Shown here piece after piece: positions 58,297 through 60,844 of a stretch of 60,844 bases of DNA. Under the pieces are notes generated by a model that saw only the letters and a list, made by a program, of their open reading frames with translations, was not told where the DNA came from and ran no database searches. The translations under genes were made by a program, and so were the position numbers. Source of the stretch: a virus (Duplodnaviria; Caudoviricetes); IMG/VR virus record IMGVR_UViG_3300025687_006674, positions 1-60,844 of that record; one strand, given 5' to 3'. Each line of letters opens with the position of its first letter. Within the stretch, counting starts at the first letter, position 1.

Positions 58297-58306
58297 CATA
58301 TATTTG
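58275..58306 (+). promoter_or_regulatory. Bacteroidota-type promoter for the tRNA
   Basis: CTTG-N20-TATATTTG. Confidence 0.6.
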
Positions 58307-58320
58307 TATAAGAAATAAAT

Positions 58321-58406
58321 GCCTCGGTGGTGGAATAGGTAGACACGCCGGACTTAAAATCCTGTGGACAGTAATGTCCGTGCCGGTTCGACCCCGGCCC
58401 GAGGTA
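58321..58406 (+). tRNA. tRNA-Leu (anticodon TAA); CCA not encoded
   Basis: Acceptor GCCTCGG/CCGAGGT plus discriminator A; D-loop TGGAATAGGTAGACA; anticodon loop CTTAAAA; long variable arm GGACA..TGTCC; T-arm GCCGG-TTCGACC-CCGGC. Confidence 0.92.
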
Positions 58407-58411
58407 CTAAT

Positions 58412-58439
58412 AAAAAAAAGGTGTACTCTCGTACACCTT
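58412..58439. terminator. Intrinsic terminator (U tract on the minus strand)
   Basis: A8-GGTGTAC-TCTC-GTACACCTT. Confidence 0.7.
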
Positions 58440-58474
58440 CCTTAGATAAGAACCCCTCCTTTCTGTTAGAAAGT

Positions 58475-59125
58475 TTATGAGAACATCGTTTTCTTGAAGT
58501 CCTCAAGTTTGTTTGCCATGTTTTGGTTGATTTGCCCCATGGCAGGACAAACGACAGTAGTGAAAGAGTCTTCCAAATTCTTTCTAAAGTCGTCACCTCC
58601 AACGACATTATCAAGAGATTGTCTGAATATACCAGGAACTGTATTGCTACCTCCTTCTACAGGTATATTCTCATTAAACCCTTCCATGGCTGCATCTGTA
58701 ATTTTCTGTACTAAGAATCTACAGTCTGTAAATAATAAAGGAATTTCATCAATTTCAACATTTCCGATACCTTCAATCATTTTATCTCTCATCCAGTTAT
58801 CAACACCAAATTTTGATGAGATGTAATCTGATAGTTTTGTTTTTACGCTATCCCAAAATTGTGGACCTTCGTTATTGAATAAATCAGACATAACTTCTAA
58901 GAACCCTTCGTTGATTAAAGATTCGTTGTATCCTTGTTTTTTAAGGTAGTTACATTCTGATAAAATCTTATCAAAGGTCTTTTTTGTTTGAATCTTAGAT
59001 TTTGTGTTTACACCTTCACCGATTATCTTAAATCGTGAAGAAATAATCTTTGACTCTTGTAAAAGACTTTTTTTCTTTGTTTCTACTTCCAATAAATTTT
59101 CTCTGATTGTCTTTCTTATACTCAT
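58475..59125 (-). CDS. Hypothetical protein
   Basis: 216 aa ORF with several L/I-x-E motifs. Confidence 0.75.
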   Translation of the reverse strand: MSIRKTIRENLLEVETKKKSLLQESKIISSRFKIIGEGVNTKSKIQTKKTFDKILSECNYLKKQGYNESLINEGFLEVMSDLFNNEGPQFWDSVKTKLSDYISSKFGVDNWMRDKMIEGIGNVEIDEIPLLFTDCRFLVQKITDAAMEGFNENIPVEGGSNTVPGIFRQSLDNVVGGDDFRKNLEDSFTTVVCPAMGQINQNMANKLEDFKKTMFS

Positions 59126-59129
59126 AACC

Positions 59130-59888
59130 TTATTTTTTTGGTTCCCATACGTTGAATGACTCTGTAAACTCTTTTGAGGTAACTTTCTTTTTTGTATACC
59201 CTTCTGTGTTCTCAGGTCTTTTCAATAAATATCCCTCACCTTTCAATTTTTCCAAAACTTTCTTTTGTCTTTTTGTAAAATCGTTTGAAACTTCATCCGT
59301 ATCCAATAATGTAGCTAAACCTTTCTTTTCTTTTAACTTCATTTCTTCTTCAAATGGTTGTTCAGGTTCCTTCGATACGGGTTCTTGGACTTCAACATCT
59401 GTTTCTACTTCATCCTTTTCCATATCAGAACTTGTGTTTTTTAAATCTTCAGGACCAACCTTTACTAATGTGAAATGTTTATCGTTGTCACCTTTTGATT
59501 CAACTTTAAAATAATCATATTCACTATCACCATCATAATCACCATTAAATTCTGTTTCTAATCTTACGTCTAAAACTGCGGATGGGAATGAACCACCAAC
59601 GATATGATATTCTTCGTCTTTATTACCTTTAGATGCAATAACTGCTTTAATAAGTGAAGTATCTTCATTATTACCTAATCGTTTGAATGAATCAATATTA
59701 TCATTGATATTATCAATCTCATCAAAATTAACACTTACTTCTTTTCCTTTTTTATCGTTAAATTTTATAAACTTAAATTTATCTTTCAAAGTAAGTTCAG
59801 GTTTAGGTTTACCCATATCCTCTTCTTGTTCATTTATACCAAAAAGGCTTATAATTCTTTGTTTTTCTTCTTGTATTCTTTTTTTCAT
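59130..59888 (-). CDS. Hypothetical protein
   Basis: 252 aa; leader MKKRIQEEKQRIISLFGINEQ. Confidence 0.75.
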   Translation of the reverse strand: MKKRIQEEKQRIISLFGINEQEEDMGKPKPELTLKDKFKFIKFNDKKGKEVSVNFDEIDNINDNIDSFKRLGNNEDTSLIKAVIASKGNKDEEYHIVGGSFPSAVLDVRLETEFNGDYDGDSEYDYFKVESKGDNDKHFTLVKVGPEDLKNTSSDMEKDEVETDVEVQEPVSKEPEQPFEEEMKLKEKKGLATLLDTDEVSNDFTKRQKKVLEKLKGEGYLLKRPENTEGYTKKKVTSKEFTESFNVWEPKK

Positions 59889-59892
59889 AATA

Positions 59893-60843
59893 TTAAAACT
59901 TTACAAATTTGTTGTTTTCAAGTTTATATCTATCTCCACCATAATTAGGTTCTGTATAATAAATATTTACATTACCAACAGGTTTTATTGACCCGTTCGG
60001 GTATTGTTGTTTCCATAAATCTTGAGGTGTCGATGCTTGACTACTTGGTGTAGTGGTATTTTGTGTTTGTGAGTTATCTGATGCTTGACTACTTGGTGTA
60101 GTGGTATTTTGTGTTTGTGAGTTATCTGATGTACGTAATATTTCTCTTGCTTTTTTTGTTAATTTTTCCCATTCATTACCATCAGTTACATAATACTCAC
60201 CACCTATAATATAATCACCATCGGTATCTTTCAGATTAAAATAGTCTTGGTCAGCCTCCTTTATTCTATATGCATTACCGTCATTAACTAAGTATGTAAA
60301 TTTATCCTCTTCAGTACCCTGTACTGTAATACTCCCATCTTTATTTCTCGTTATATCATCCTCACTATAAAATCCATAGGTCTGTAAATACTTTGAAGGT
60401 AAATTGATACCTTCATCTAATAAGTATTTTTTAATTGGTGTTAATAAATCAACTAAATTAGGATTGTGTACACCTATTAAAGTACTAAGTTGACTATTTT
60501 TTGTACTACTACCTCTTCCATCCCATTTTATTTCTTCTGGCCAAAATTGTACAAAATTTTTATTTGTTGGTTGTTCTGAAACAGGTTTGTAATCAGGTAA
60601 GAATCTATTAAACTTATCGTTAAATATATCTTTTATCTTTATCTGAACTTTTTGACCTTCAGGATTTACTGCAGTTATATAAGAGTTTTGTCCTTCACCT
60701 TCTATTTTGAAAGCCCCATTATTTGCAACATACCATAATTCCTTATTTTTATCAACAACAAATTGGTTTATACCTGAACTTGTTGGTAGTCCGTATAGTA
60801 AGTCGGCATAATTTTTATTTTCACCTATTCCTGTAAATGTTTT
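59893..60843 (-). CDS. Hypothetical protein, 5' end outside the window
   Basis: Not in the ORF track; open minus-strand frame ending ...YTEPNYGGDRYKLENNKFVKF* just before the next ATG. Confidence 0.7.
   Translation of the reverse strand, partial: KTFTGIGENKNYADLLYGLPTSSGINQFVVDKNKELWYVANNGAFKIEGEGQNSYITAVNPEGQKVQIKIKDIFNDKFNRFLPDYKPVSEQPTNKNFVQFWPEEIKWDGRGSSTKNSQLSTLIGVHNPNLVDLLTPIKKYLLDEGINLPSKYLQTYGFYSEDDITRNKDGSITVQGTEEDKFTYLVNDGNAYRIKEADQDYFNLKDTDGDYIIGGEYYVTDGNEWEKLTKKAREILRTSDNSQTQNTTTPSSQASDNSQTQNTTTPSSQASTPQDLWKQQYPNGSIKPVGNVNIYYTEPNYGGDRYKLENNKFVKF
60032..60131. repeat. 48-bp coding tandem duplication
   Basis: gatgcttgactacttggtgtagtggtattttgtgtttgtgagttatct at 60032 and 60080; encodes SDNSQTQNTTTPSSQA. 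Confidence 0.92.
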
Positions 60844-60844
60844 A

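Noticed and set aside
58254-58614. ORFs 58254..58445 (+) and 58354..58614 (-)
   Set aside because: They overlap the tRNA-Leu gene and neighbouring genes.
59959-59965. TATTTAT (minus strand) as a late promoter
   Set aside because: It lies inside the 59893-60843 coding frame; the nearest ATG opens only 13 codons.
1-60844. Stop-codon reassignment (TAG or TGA recoding) as in some large phages
   Set aside because: Core genes are full length under code 11, coding density is high, and TAG and TGA both end genes (portal TAG, terminase TGA).

Overview
Segment of a large, AT-rich, T4-like tailed phage genome (standard genetic code). The host is very probably Bacteroidota: seven TTG-N19/20-TAnnTTTG promoters, A-rich starts without Shine-Dalgarno sequences, and a Bacteroidota-type bS21. 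From left to right: (i) Thr/Pro/Ser-repeat and Cys-rich LamG-like virion proteins and a WYL protein; (ii) a ~17 kb glycan locus with about 9 glycosyltransferase-like genes (including GT10 and GT11), Gmd, an Fcl/ColC reductase, a His-type ColD dehydratase, a Lys-type DegT aminotransferase, a GNAT and a sulfotransferase, interleaved with dUTPase, a 3'-5' exonuclease, HAD enzymes and PhoH; (iii) a gp55-like sigma factor followed by baseplate/structural genes; (iv) a catalytic-domain-only AsnRS paralog; (v) the head module (major capsid, scaffold, prohead protease, portal, large terminase) with bS21 on the opposite strand; (vi) a nucleotidyltransferase, a KTSC protein, a tandem-UVR protein divergent from an N-domain-less ClpC, an M20/M28 peptidase, a tmRNA with an unusual 21-codon tag, an endolysin, an HNH nuclease and tRNA-Leu(UAA). 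Best leads: a candidate phage-encoded virion glycosylation system with a recurrent [S/T]-G-x-T motif in structural proteins; a candidate phage proteolysis module (ClpC + UVR adaptor + tmRNA); and a late-promoter motif TATTTAT that is the reverse complement of the T4 late promoter. All calls come from reading motifs by eye; no database searches were run.
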